This document shows, in pieces, positions 1-12,357 of a stretch of DNA of 64,000 nt. The position numbers and the translations under genes were made by a program. The stretch spans positions 7,899 to 71,898 of the forward strand of contig DF237035.1 of the NCBI GenBank assembly GCA_000708835.1, given 5' to 3'. The first letter of the stretch is position 1; each line of letters starts with the position of its first letter. The stretch comes from Klebsormidium nitens. Lineage: Eukaryota > Plantae > Klebsormidiophyceae. The notes under the pieces were generated by a model. That model did no database searches. It saw nothing but the letters and a program-made list of their open reading frames with translations, and was not told the origin of the DNA.

Positions 1-1399
1 GGACCCGCGCCGCGGCGTCGTACAGTGCCCAAATGATCGATCCCTATGGTTCCCCTCTTCCTAAGAGGAAGAGGCAAGCCAATATACCACGCGGTCCAAA
101 CCTGTCAGATTGCGCAGAGGTACCGTACGGTTACGGAGTCCAGCCTCTACGGTCAGTGTACAACTAATTTGACGTTGGGCGGTAGCTATAGACCGCCGCG
201 CGAAAACTCGTAGAGGCCGCGCCGATTACAAATTGTTGCCAGTGACTCTACTCGGCCGGTCGCGACTCGCACGGTGGAACATTCACCGAGGGTACACTCT
301 GAGTGTCACAGCTATATGAAGTGACGGTCGGACATAGTGGTCGGAAGCAATTTGATTTCCCGGTCCTTGTGTTTGGAGCTCAGCTGCCCCTAACACTGCC
401 GCCGAACCTTATCCTGCGAACGAATCTTATCCAAAGTCCCCGACCACTTCTCCATCAAGCAACCGGGCTGAGTTAGGGGCATGGTCGCAAGCTACTTCTA
501 GAACGCTATGTAAACCGTCACGAACTATAGCGGCTCCAATACTAAGCTAACTCGAATCGGATCAACCCCGAGCGACATATATAAGAGGTCGAGTTGGAAA
601 TCCTCAGACGCTGGGCGGCCATGCTACGTCAAGATTCACAAATGAAATGATGCAACCGCTACCACGACCATGTATACGCACAGGAAAGGATGGGTTGTGA
701 TTTACCTCAATATGTGGAACACCTATAGCCGCCGGAAAATTTGAACGATCTTCGCGAAATTTCGAAGCGCCCCAGATCCGCAAGCACATCCAAATGCAAC
801 CGTCAATACTATGCTTTCACCGGTCTAGACAAGACAGAACCCAAGATCCCAAGAGTGTATCGCCTCGATCCGAGCTTGTCAGATGAGTTATACAGACGGT
901 AGCGATTATGTGTTCAAATTCCGCTGTAAAGGTTGGCGCCTCGACCAAACCGAGTTATCCAACAAACATTCCCCAAGCTGCAGTGTCAGAATCAGTGCGA
1001 TGATGCACTCGGGCCTCTAGCTAAGTCCGCGCTCACTTGCCCCTATATATCGATGCTGCCACTTCCACATTTGACCATGCCGTCTTGCCCCGCGCCGGCC
1101 TTGGCACGAGTCTCAATCCTGTCGGCGCCAATCATTCTGGACTTGTGCACAGCATATCATTTTCTTGCATAATGACGATCACGGGCTTTTCAGAAAAAGC
1201 ACAGAGCTTGTCATTAGCTCGGTGCTCTTCAAACTCATTCATTGGTTGGCAACACGTTTCATCATCTTTCGGATCAGGTCCGACCCCGTACACAGAACGA
1301 CAAAGTCGAGCAGCTGCGTCGCGTGTGACATGGCAGCTGTGCAACTTCAAGAGTTTGATTGTGAGCAACACAGAATCGCAAGATTGTGGTGCTTAATCC

Positions 1400-4300
1400 T
1401 CAACTGCCCCCACACACTTTCTGGTACAGTCCCAGCGCCCAGATGGGGAAGATGTTTCGGTAGGCCGAGTAGGAGATCATGCAATTCTTGTTGAACACCC
1501 CGCTGATCTCCTGCAAGAGAAAGATGGCGCCAATATTCCATTTTCGGACGTAGGGAGGTTCAAAACTTCAACGCAACAAAGCGATTTTTCCTGACAGTCA
1601 ATGAGACAAGGCGTATTTGCATATGTGGCAGTGCTACAAAGTGCGGCCAAGCTCGACATAGATACAGTATAATGGGCACACGCTCCAGATGACGTGGGCC
1701 GGTTCTTTTCAAAGTCAAACTCGTTCCACGTCACAGCCGCCGCTCGGATGCGTCTAGCACAAGCTTCGACGCACCTTCGACACGACAAGCATCACCCCAA
1801 GGACTTTACTTCCGTCGTGACACCAAGAGCGAATAGACAGGCTCTCGTCTCTGCGTCAGAAACCAGACAAGAGCTCTGGGAGCTTATTCCCACCGAGCTT
1901 ATTCCCACCGGGCTTATCCCCGACCGGGCTTCTTCCCACCGGGTCTGTTCCCACCGAGCTTATTCCCACCGAACTATTCCTACCTGCTGCGGGAAGTCCC
2001 CGTTCTCCTCCTGCAGCTTGATCAGCTGCGCGGCCCCCCGGTGCAGGGGCGCCGCGTCCCGCGTGTGCTGGCCGGCCTCGATCAGCGCGATCAGCGCCCA
2101 TGACGTCATCACGGCGTGCACGCGGTTGCCTGGCAGCGTGGTATATATTTTGTCCTGCATAGGAGAGGTGGACGGTGTGAATCGGCTCTGAGCGTCGGGC
2201 CCCGAGGTGTGAAGATGGGCTGGATCCATTTGGCGATTGGGGGTATTAGAAAGGACAGACAACGGAGACCATCTGGCGGTTATTGATAGCGGGCCTGTTC
2301 ATCCCTGCTTCTAAGCAGGCGCACCTTGGATCGAAGCTGTTACCCTCGTTTCAAGTAGGATTTGCATTGGATTCCACAGCTTGGAGATTGTATCGCGAAA
2401 ATTGCAATGCGCTTTTCGTCGTTGGCAGAATGCACAAAGCACAGTGCCTTTGGAGTGAGGCCGAGTTCATTCTAATCAAGAATGAAAGGCCGCTTCTAGG
2501 GCCCTTCTCCTACAATGGCTTGCGAAGCAAGCAGTCTCCGTGAGGACAACGTTCGCCTCGACTCGTCAGCACATCCAGCAGTCGGCGCTCACGCCCCTGA
2601 TTCTGACTCGTATGATCGCTCCAACACCCTGTCCAGCTTTGTGTCGATATCGGGCTTCCGTTTGAGGCGCGGTAGTCCGAACCCCATGAGGGCCCCAGTT
2701 TGATCCTTCCAGGGGGCTTACCTGGCACGAGAGGTAGCTTTCGCTCCAGCCCCCCCCGAGGAGTTCCTTGGAGAGCAAAAACGCGCACGCTTTCCGAATG
2801 GCGGGGCAGCTTTCGTACCGCCGCCCTGCGGCGAGTAGCCCGCTGACGCCAAACCACGTGGCGTATGTGTAGCACACGGCCCAGCTGCCGTACCTGAAAC
2901 GTGGGAGACATGGGTCAGGTTACAATGGGGTTTCATCTGGGTTAGACCTGAGGACTCCGGGCCGTCATTTTCCTAACACTGGTGACTTCTTCTTGTGCAA
3001 AGGCCCGCTCAAATCGATACCTACTTTGGACTAATGGTCGGTGCCAAACAACATGGAGGTCATGTTCGAGAACTGCCATTTACAAGGCTTTTTTAGGCGA
3101 CAAAATTTGCCCGGAGCACGACATGATCTTCCTTCTCAGCTCCGAACTTCGAAGCATTAAACGGCGCAGAGGACAGTCTTCAGTTCGCAGCACCACGTGA
3201 TCGTCAGAAACTCTGAGAGGGCTGTATGGGACTCAAAATTTAGGGCTGTGGCCGTTAAAAAGGTTGGGTTTTGAGAGCAGCGAACCACGGGCGGCATCGA
3301 GAGCACTCCCTCTATCTTACGATTCGCACCGCTCCTCGTCGCTGAGATCTGTTGAGCAGTGGCCACTCAGCAACGCGTAAAGTCAGAAAGAACATGCCCG
3401 GTTTTCAAGCGCCTGGCACTCCGAAGTTCCAATCTCCAGTTTCGTCGATCTCTCAAAGGACGGTTGATTCTTTGAAAGGCGACGTCGAGAAGGGACGCGC
3501 TCGTGCAGACAAAAACCGAATTTACTCGGCCCAATGCTGGAATTTGGATTTGTCAACTTGAGATACTAACAATTCAAATTGACGCGCACCAGTCTTACAG
3601 CCTCGCTTGCAGCAGAACTCACCAGGAGCCATCTTCTAGCTGCTTGTCCTCCATAAACTTGGCGGCTCGCGCGATCGCGGCAGCGACCTCCGCCGCCCGA
3701 TGGTCGGGGAGCCGTTTCTGGAACGCGGCCATCGCGGTCACGCACGCCGACGTGCACTCGACGTACGTGTAGTCGATCATGATGTCACCGAACGTCTCCG
3801 CGGGGTTGATGTACTGGACGCAAAGCAGATGCTGACGTCAGTGCTTTTACAGTCGTATTTTCTTGACGTCTGCCTCAGAATCTGGCAAGCTACACCCCTA
3901 TGAGCTCATGAAAGTCTACTAAACAATGCTATGTCCTGTCTACTCAATTCAATGCGGAATAAGATCTTATCCTCATACATCTTTCGAGCGCCGATCTAGT
4001 CTTTGCGCTTGCCGCACAATGTCGATAGCACCGTCGAAAACGCCTTCAATTTGCAAGTTGACAAACAGCTGCAGATCCGAGAGATTCGACGCACTGGGGC
4101 TGAAAGACCATTACTTACAACAAATAGGAGATTGAATCTCTTCGTAAGTCCTGCTTACTCTCTACGAGAGAAGCAGCCTAGCGTTGCCACCATTCTGACT
4201 GGGGCAGCCGAATCCAACTGCCTATTTACTATTTTCCCGTTCTTCCAGGAGAGAAGCAATAATCTCAAGGAAAGCGCAAGAGCACTCACTTCAAGCCACG

Positions 4301-7300
4301 CGTACGACCGCGTCAGTTCGTACGTGGCAAAGCCGCCGTCCGCATTTTGGAAGGACAGGATACAGTTGACGCAGTCAAACAGCCGCTGGTCCGCAAGGGG
4401 GGGGCCAACTAGGTGCGGCGGCAGCGCAGCAATCGCCAGGGAAGCCTGCACGTGGACCAGTGTAAAGCATGTGAGGTTTGCGTCGACCGCCAAATTCGGG
4501 CTCTTAGATGCAGGGTCAACGTGTTGCGGCACCAATCTGCAACTGCGTCAGGCGCGAGCTTCACGGGTTTCAACGGTACACTGGACTTCCCGCCTTGTTG
4601 GAAGGTATCGAACAACCCAGACAAAAGCAACATGTTGTCCCTGCCATTAGGGCCCCCGAGAAGGGGTCGGGTATTAAGGACAAAATCACGCCAGCGTGAG
4701 CGTGGTGCTTAATCCACGCAACTTTCCCATTGTTTGCAAGCCTCCATTCACGCTTGCGAAGTACATTTGCTTGCCCAATCTTTGGTGCTCTGGGAATACC
4801 CGGCCACAGTCAGATCAAAAAGCCCGAAATTTCCGGTGAACCGGGCAGAATCCAGGCTTTAACCGGAAAGAAAGACTAAGCAACAAATGCACGCAAATGG
4901 AGAAGTATGCGGGAGGCAAGAGCGGATGGAGACCACTCACCCATGGACAAAATATTTGCAATCTGCAGAACCGCTCAGTTCCCCACACGGCCTTACCTTA
5001 TGAGTCTCGTTTCCGCTTGAGTTGGGACTACCCTGAGCTGCATTAGTACCCCGGGCCCGCAGAAGACAAAATCCCAAACCCAGAGTTAACATGCTCCGCA
5101 AACCGAACCCTCGACTCCCAAGCCAACCCCACCCGCCCCGGGGCAGAGACCTAGCCCAAACGTAGCCCCATCTCATGTGAAAGCAATCACCGTAGCCCTT
5201 CCTCAACGTAAGATCGATCAGCGTAGCCCCATCTCCACGTAAAATCGACAAACCTAGCCCCATCTCCTCGTAAAGTCGATCAAGATAGCCCAAACTCGAC
5301 GTTTATTGGATCCAATTGACGTAACCCTTTCTCAACGCCACCCCAAAAGGTTTCCTCACCTTCAGCCCCTCGCTGGCGCAGTCGGCGATCGGCCAGCCGT
5401 GGTCCCGCGTGGAAAACGGCCAGGCGCCGTTGGAGATGTGCCGGTACATGGACCCGTGATCGCCGTTTGGATTCTCCCTAACCTGGCAGGGTTTGAAGCA
5501 AACCGGCACAAAGTTGGGAACAGCGCTCAGGGTAAGACCACAACCCGCTCACGAAGGCTCGCGAGTCAGCGCTTGCGTTCTGAAATGCTTCCGGGCCGAG
5601 GTGCCAGGATGAGGTCCTTCACGACCACCTTCCAACAAAGCGTCTGCTTTCGAGACTGCTCTTGAAATGGATAACTGGGTCACCTTAAAGCCAAGCAGAC
5701 TTTATGAAGACACCGACATGAGAGAATGTGTCGACGGGATCTGCTCTCACAGCAATCAAGTCCAAACCTGACCCGAGTAGCATCAAGGTCGAGTGATCAT
5801 CGTTTTTGTCTTGCCGCAATCATGACCAGCGATTATGCCTGGTACCGCCATCTCGTATGCTCTCACCTGACTTTTGTCCACGTAATGATTGGCCCGCTTT
5901 AGGATCGGCGCCGTCTCCTCGAGCATCTCGGTGGCAGCCAGGGCCTGGACCGCAAATGCTGTGTCCCAAAGCTGGCTGCCGTTATAACCCTGGAGAACAA
6001 GCATAGCGTATCAGAATCGTTACAGCCTATTACTTCAAAATGCAGGTTAATAACTCAAATATGTATCCTGCGCAACCAGCAAGCTGCATAAATGCTACTC
6101 CAATTGTGACTATTGCCGGTCGTACTTGCGGAAGATAGGCATAATTAGAGAAAAGGCTGCCTAAGAATGGATAGCCGAACGTGGAAGCATAAAAAAACAA
6201 GACAAAGGCGTTGAACAAGGCACGGCTAGCAGATGCGAAGCAGGAACCTCCAAACGCAACCCTCGTTCTGAGCCGACGGATGGAAGCAGGTGAGTTGAAG
6301 CAAGAAAAGGACGACCAAAATTCACCATGTTCCTGATGCAGAAAGAAAGACGATGGCAAGCCAAGATAGTAAAGAAAGCTCCGGTGCACATGAAAACCCC
6401 TGACCCGGATACTTGCCTGCTCCGCACCTCTACCTGTCGTAGATCCTACCCGTCCTTGTGCCCTTCCCTTGTTATCAACTTAGCTCCTGATCTTTCCTGA
6501 GATCAATCACAAACAGGACCAACGATCGGACGGGCGCCCACGCACCTGCATTTTCATGCCGTCTTCTGCGAGCCAGAGGTAGTCGGGCACGCGCGCCAGG
6601 TGCTTCTTGAGCGCCTCGGAGGACGGGTCCTCCACGAAGCAGCACAGCAAGTTCAACGCCTGAGGTAGACGAAATCAAGGTCAAGGTCAAGGTCAAGGTT
6701 TATTTCAAGGTAAAGGTGTTCAAGGTAAAGGTGAAGGACGGGTCCTCCACGAAGCAGCACAGCAAGTTGAGCGCCTGCAGCGGGCCAAGTCGAGCTAAAG
6801 GTCAAGTCTAAGGGTGAAATCAAGGTAAAGGTCAAGGTGAAGGTCCGGGTGAGAGTCCGGGCTGAGGTTAGAGTCAAGGTTATGAGAAAGCGCTTGCGAT
6901 AGACCAGTGCAAGGCAACGTTTTGAGACTTTCAAGCGCAAAGCGGGGGCTGGAGTTTGACGTCTCTGACCCCTGAAAGCTGAACGAAACGGTAAACGGAA
7001 AGTGGACGGACTGATGACGGGCGCCTGTGCGGAGGGAACGGAACAATACCCTCGTCCTTCTGCTCTGTCAGTCCTGCTTATCATGTCTTACTTCCTAGCG
7101 AGACGAAGGGAGACGCAGGTTGTAAGAAATCCGGAACACATACACTGGATCGGTATGATCCTTGGATTTTTTTTCCCCAGGGGCTTGTGCTCCCCCCAAA
7201 CTGCAGCAAAGCAATGGGGAGAAACAGATGCGTTCGACCTCTAAGGAACGCATCGGCGGACATGGTCCTCGTGAATGCCTTGCCAGCGGCCCTGCGTTCC

Positions 7301-10300
7301 CCAAGCCGCGACCAGACTAAGCCCGTTTTGAAGAGAAAAAAAAGAACAATTACTTTGCCCAGAAAGATGGCCACTCCAACTGCTTTGGTGGACCAAGTCA
7401 AAGGAGATTCCCAAGAAAGCATCAAGACGCTGTTCTTGTTGACGGCCACGTGTCAATATTGCCCAAAAGGGTGAGGCATTCCAGCTTCAATAATGGACCA
7501 AGAGAAAGGGGGTTTAGGATTGCGGCACCTTGTTGACGGGCCCGATGTCGATGTAGCGCGTGTTCTCGTCCTCGTAGTGCACGTGCTTCATGACCTCCGC
7601 GCACGCCTTCTCGCGCAGCGCGTGGAGGGGGGTGTGGTTCAGCAGCGGCTCCACCCCCTTGTGAAGAGTCGCCCACAACACGTCCTGCCATCGAAGACAC
7701 GAGACTCTAAACATATCTTGAAGACGTTTTTGGAAAGGTTTTGGACCGATTGTGAAGATAGCTTGAAAAGGGTTATCTTGCTCTGGTGCTTCATGTGGAT
7801 TTCCCGGCAGTTACCACAGCCCCTTATCTGGTACCCCGGAAGTGAACAATCAGATGTCAGACAACGGTACCAATGTTCCGCAGACACGCCGTAGGGCAGA
7901 CCGCTTTCGCGGCAGCTACTCTTTGTTAGGGTTGGACATTTTCCAGGTGAGGACTTGAGAACCGTTTGAACAGTTGACCTTCTTTGCCAGTTACTAGCAG
8001 TCTCGATAAGGACAACCCCTGAGAAAAGAGACAATTAACAACTTCCCGGATGGTTTTGCACGCACCTGCAGTAGAGGGTGCGGATAGTACAGGTCTTCTT
8101 TTGCGCACTGGTTGCGCGCGCGGTTCCAGTCGACCTGGCTGTACGGTATGCTGAACAGCTCCTCCCGCAGGGCGAGAACTAGACTGGTTTCTTTTCCGAC
8201 GAAGCGCTTCCCGTACACGTAGCACATGGGGAGGTACACCTGCCGGCAGTGGCACCAAAAGCGACCTGCGAAAACGAGAGCGAGGTGTTTTTTAGCTTCA
8301 GAGCGATCTCAAAGAGACGTGCCACTACGAGATTAAGGACCATTTGTTCAAAACAGTTCCAAGAGACCACTGGGAACGGGAATCGAGCGAACACAAAGTG
8401 TTCCGGTCTGATACCCCTCAGGGCGGAATTTCAAAGTTGCTTTCTACAGCAAGTGGTCGACGGTTTTCTGGATCAGATTGTGTCTCGCAGATAATCAAGC
8501 AGTCCTGAACTTGCTCACATATGCATCTAGATCAGAAAAGTAGTGATACGAGTCGGCACTCGAACCTGTGAAACGTATGACGCTCGTACCAAGTCCCCTA
8601 TCTACAGAACTAGAGGCCGAGTACATGGAACCCTTGCCTCAAACTCCGTCCAAAACTAAACTGAGAATTGAACGCCCGATCTATCGATTCGAAGCGAATC
8701 TTCAAGACCCGGCTCTCTCCCTTTAAACCGACTGTGGAAGCTTAGCGAGGAACAGCCTGAGAAACTGCTTCGCTCCTCACCTGGGTGGATCGGAAGGACG
8801 TAAGGCAGCAGCCAAATCTCGGGAGGGAGCGGGTTGTTTCCGTCCCAGCTAAAACAACCCAAAACCTGCGATCGGAATGTACCCGTCAGGAAAATCTGCA
8901 GCATAACAAGGACAAGTGGACGAAAGAAGGGGAGGGGCTCTGATACGGCTTTTGATTCTTGACCTAGCGTGTTACCAGGCGCTCTCTCTCCAAGCATCGA
9001 CGATCCGTCTTTCGCTTCGGACAATCAAGCAGGGAATGTGGATGACGGTGAACTGAAAAAGGACTCGGGGCCGATGAGGGCCGCAATGTTAGAGACGTCC
9101 AACGGTGAGTTGAAAAGCCGTTGGATCGTCAACGACTGGAACAGGAGTTCCAATTTTGTGCCAAAAGCATTCGACGTCTGCATCTGAGAGAACCAATTAG
9201 CTTGCTTGCCTGAAGTTTCGAACGGAACGTAAAATGGTAAGCGGACGTAGCAGGACCAAAGAATCAGAGTCCGACCTCACGATTATCCAGGAAGTAAGAG
9301 GACGTCCTCCTAAAACGCATCGGAAGCAGCAGCTCGAGTTCCTTCCATTTGCCTCTGGGCCTCGTTGTATCCCCTGGTTTCGCACTTAACAAGCGACTCA
9401 TTTCTTCTTCTAGGAGCGCCTTGTTCAAAACGGATTGGAACAAAACTCCAACGCTCGAACGTGTGTATGTCAACGGACCAGATATCCTACTTTTTCCTCA
9501 AAAAGCATCCGGTGATCGTTCCGGGCATCTCGGAAGAGAAAGCTCACCGACAGCCAGAACTTGCCCCAGGAAGTTATGTGCGTGGCGCTTCCATGCGCCA
9601 GGATCCACTCCCGCCCTTTTGACATCCCCGGTGCGTCTTTGTAAGTAGAGTCCGGCCCCTCGCCCAGGATACGCAGGCTGACGTATGAGAGAGCGCTCCC
9701 AAACATCGTGCTGTGGCCCTCTATGTGGAGGCCCCAGCCGCCATCAGGGTTCTGGAACGGTTGAGAGAAAAGCAATACGATCATAGAAGGATTTTGTCGA
9801 TGACAAGGTAAAACGTGCATATATCTGGTGAAGCTACAAAGGTGAGGGAATCGTTGTCTGCGGTACATGTGTCACACAATCTTTTTTTGAGGCCGCGATT
9901 GGATCTTCCCATACCAATCCCCTTTAGCCGGTTTTCCTGGAAAGCCAATGGTCCAGGTCTTCTTCCTGAATTCAGCTCGATGAGGTTGTTGACTCTGCCC
10001 CATGACTTGACACAATAATCTCCTCAAGCTCGCTCTGAACTCCGGTTTCTCTGACTGAACTCACAGTAGAAAGGCAACGCCTATTTGAAGCTTTGTCTGT
10101 CAGAAATGGTCCCCAAAGCCCCCTTCCCTTCAACTGTGGAATCACTTATTCCAAGGGAAGAGGGAGCAAAACTCCACCTTGGCTGCATAGAACCTGAACC
10201 TCTGTAAAGAACCACACAAGTTAGATAAATGAAGCCTTTTGTCTACTACTTCGAAGAGAATGCATCAGCCATTTCCAGCGATGCACAACATCGATGCAAT

Positions 10301-11644
10301 AAGGGATCGATTCGCTTACCTGATGTGCATATAAGTAGTGCCGCATCTCGCGCCGGTGGTGCTCTGAGAGGACCGTGTTCAACGTGCCGCTGACATACAA
10401 GGAAATCAACTGCATGCAAAAGGCCTCCGATTGAACGTGCCAGTTTCTGTTCGTTGTGGGCAAAGTAAAGGCAGATTTGTGTGCTGGCATGTCGACTTTC
10501 TGTGCCTTGATTATGAGCCATTTGGAGAGAAATCGCTTTCAATGGTCCACTAAAACCAGCGACAATCTACCTTTCTTCCCCTTGAACACCCTGGCCCACA
10601 ATCTCCTCAGTATACTGAATGTAAGTTGTCATCAAGCCTTCTTTTACAAGGACTACTTCAACACCCATACTTCCGCTGACTTCCTTCCTCTGTCACGTCA
10701 GCTCTGGCAGTGACATATGTGTCTATACTGTTCAAAGGATGTATTCTCATCAGGCCAGCTGGCAATGACATGTGTGTCTACACTCTTGAAAGGGGTGTAT
10801 TCTCACCAGCCCAGGCATCAAAAACATGGGGCCACCATAGTCACCAGCAAAGTGACCATCGTGCGTTTGCAGAGTTGAATAGAAGCGGATGGCCCTTGTG
10901 AGAGCTGCTTTGGCCGCCTCCTTGGGGGCGGCGCCTGCTGCGGGGAGGGAAGGTTTGGGGGGCATAGGAGGACTGGGGCGCTCCCGTGTAAGCTGCAAAA
11001 CAAGGGATTCATGAGGGACACAGCTTCAATAGTAGAAGGTTAGGTCCCTTTGTCAGTGCATCAACGCTTCTATCAAGGCTCATGAGGTAGGAACAACAGG
11101 TGCGGGCTTGCAATTGGCACCGTAATGGACTGAGGCTTAGTGCCAACCGCAAGGGACGCCGCTCCTTAGTTCAATAAGCCTCATCTTCAGCAACTGCAAA
11201 AAGGCCCCCCAGACTGCAAGACTGTGCGCAACAACTCCCAACGACCAGTGTGTCAAACAAAGTTGCCACCAAGAGGAACGCGCTGCAGTATATTTGACCA
11301 AATCTGGCGCCACCAACAAATTGACCGTCTTCAAGGCTCCAACAGAAGTGTTCTGCGCACCAGAGTTGTTTGCTCTCAAGAGTCTAAGCAATCCTTCTCC
11401 GCCACCTGGCACCATCAGGGGAACCACCACCACCAAGTTTCCCTACCTGCTGCCGCATGAGCTCATCGGAGCTGTGCTTCTTCGCAAACCGATTGGCCCA
11501 AAAGTGCTCCCGGGCATCGTCCACCTTCTTTCGGTCCTCCGACGTGCCGCCCTCTGGGTCGTACTCCCACACCTGACGGCCTTCATTATTGGCAAGGGAG
11601 ACCTGCCAAGGGCTTGATTGGGTGGCCACTTTGAGGGACCACAT
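1400..11644 (-). CDS. CAS1: Cycloartenol synthase (2,3-oxidosqualene cyclase), 15 exons, 759 aa
   Basis: Exons: 11447-11644, 10807-10992, 10320-10409, 9548-9751, 8781-8865, 8066-8265, 7529-7684, 6546-6659, 5867-5989, 5360-5482, 4290-4445, 3623-3813, 2722-2893, 1984-2154, 1400-1510. All introns GT-AG, phases consistent, total 2280 nt. Motifs: [55 protein letters not shown] repeats, [22 protein letters not shown]. Confidence 0.97.
1880..1984. repeat. 15-bp minisatellite, 7 units (GAGCTTATTCCCACC), starting at the donor of the last CAS intron
   Basis: Units at 1880, 1895, 1910, 1926, 1941, 1956 and 1971. The last unit contains the minus-strand GT donor. Confidence 0.95.
5150..5345. repeat. Degenerate ~31-bp minisatellite (about 5 units) in a CAS intron, near the exon 10 donor
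   Basis: Recurring CGTAGCCCCATCTC(C)ACGTAAAATCGA-like units between about 5160 and 5340. Confidence 0.75.
6660..6890. repeat. (AAGGTC/AAGGTA)n low-complexity tract containing a duplicated copy of the CAS exon 8 acceptor and 5' end
   Basis: 6736-6774 copies 6621-6659 (GGACGGGTCCTCCACGAAGCAGCACAGCAAGTT...). Offset is 115 nt. Confidence 0.92.
10698..10815. repeat. ~56-bp tandem duplication spanning the CAS exon 2 donor
   Basis: Minus strand: real CTGGGCTG|GTGAGAATACA, copy CTGGCCTG|ATGAGAATACA 56 nt further into the intron. Confidence 0.8.
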
Positions 11645-12357
11645 TATTGAGCCTGTGCGTGCCTTGGGAGGAGAATGGGAGAGGCTTTGAATCAGTTGAG
11701 GGCGTGAAATGCATCCGCCTAAGTCCTAGTACTGTTGGTGGTGCAGGGGCATCCTTGCTTGAACTTGAAGCAAGGACAATTTGGGCTCAGGCCTCATGCC
11801 AATGGAGCAGAACTCCAGAACTGGGACGAAGAAGCCTGGAGATGAAGCAGGCTCTTGAGTTGGCTTGCTCCCGTTTGGAGCGGTGTATTTTGCTAAACCC
11901 AAATGATTGATGGCTGTTGAATTAACCCAAACGTGTTTGACGGGATCCAAGGTACAAGTCCAGCCTGTGACAGGCTAGTCCATCTGGGTTACAATTCTTA
12001 GTTCTAACATTAGCAGATTGGCAGCACACTCCTTGGCGCTCAAACTGCTGGACGACCCGAAACAAGATGCGTGCCGTTCGGATTTCATCGGACGGCTGGA
12101 GTTCCAGGATCCACCTTCCGGATTCTGAGCCTAATGATTTGGAAGCAGGCGAGACATAAGAGGAAGAAGCCCGTCTGCAGCGCTTCAAATTGCGGGCAAA
12201 TGCAGGGAGGCTGGAGCGTTGATCGCCGCTAATCTGATCAGGTGTCCAAGTGCTTTCAATTGCAATCCCGAAACGAAAGCTTGGGGCAGGGTCGCTGAAG
12301 ATCCTTTCAGAATCTAACGTGCGCGCACTGATCGAGCTGCCCCTGCGATCCGGAACA
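11645..12357. promoter_or_regulatory. Probable bidirectional promoter, CAS / IDH
   Basis: Divergent ATGs at 11644 (-) and 12358 (+), about 0.7 kb apart. Inferred from layout only. Confidence 0.55.

Noticed and set aside
337-480. 8-9 bp inverted matches suggesting a pseudoknot RNA
   Set aside because: About one 9-bp inverted match is expected by chance in 600 nt, and the pairings are partly mutually exclusive.
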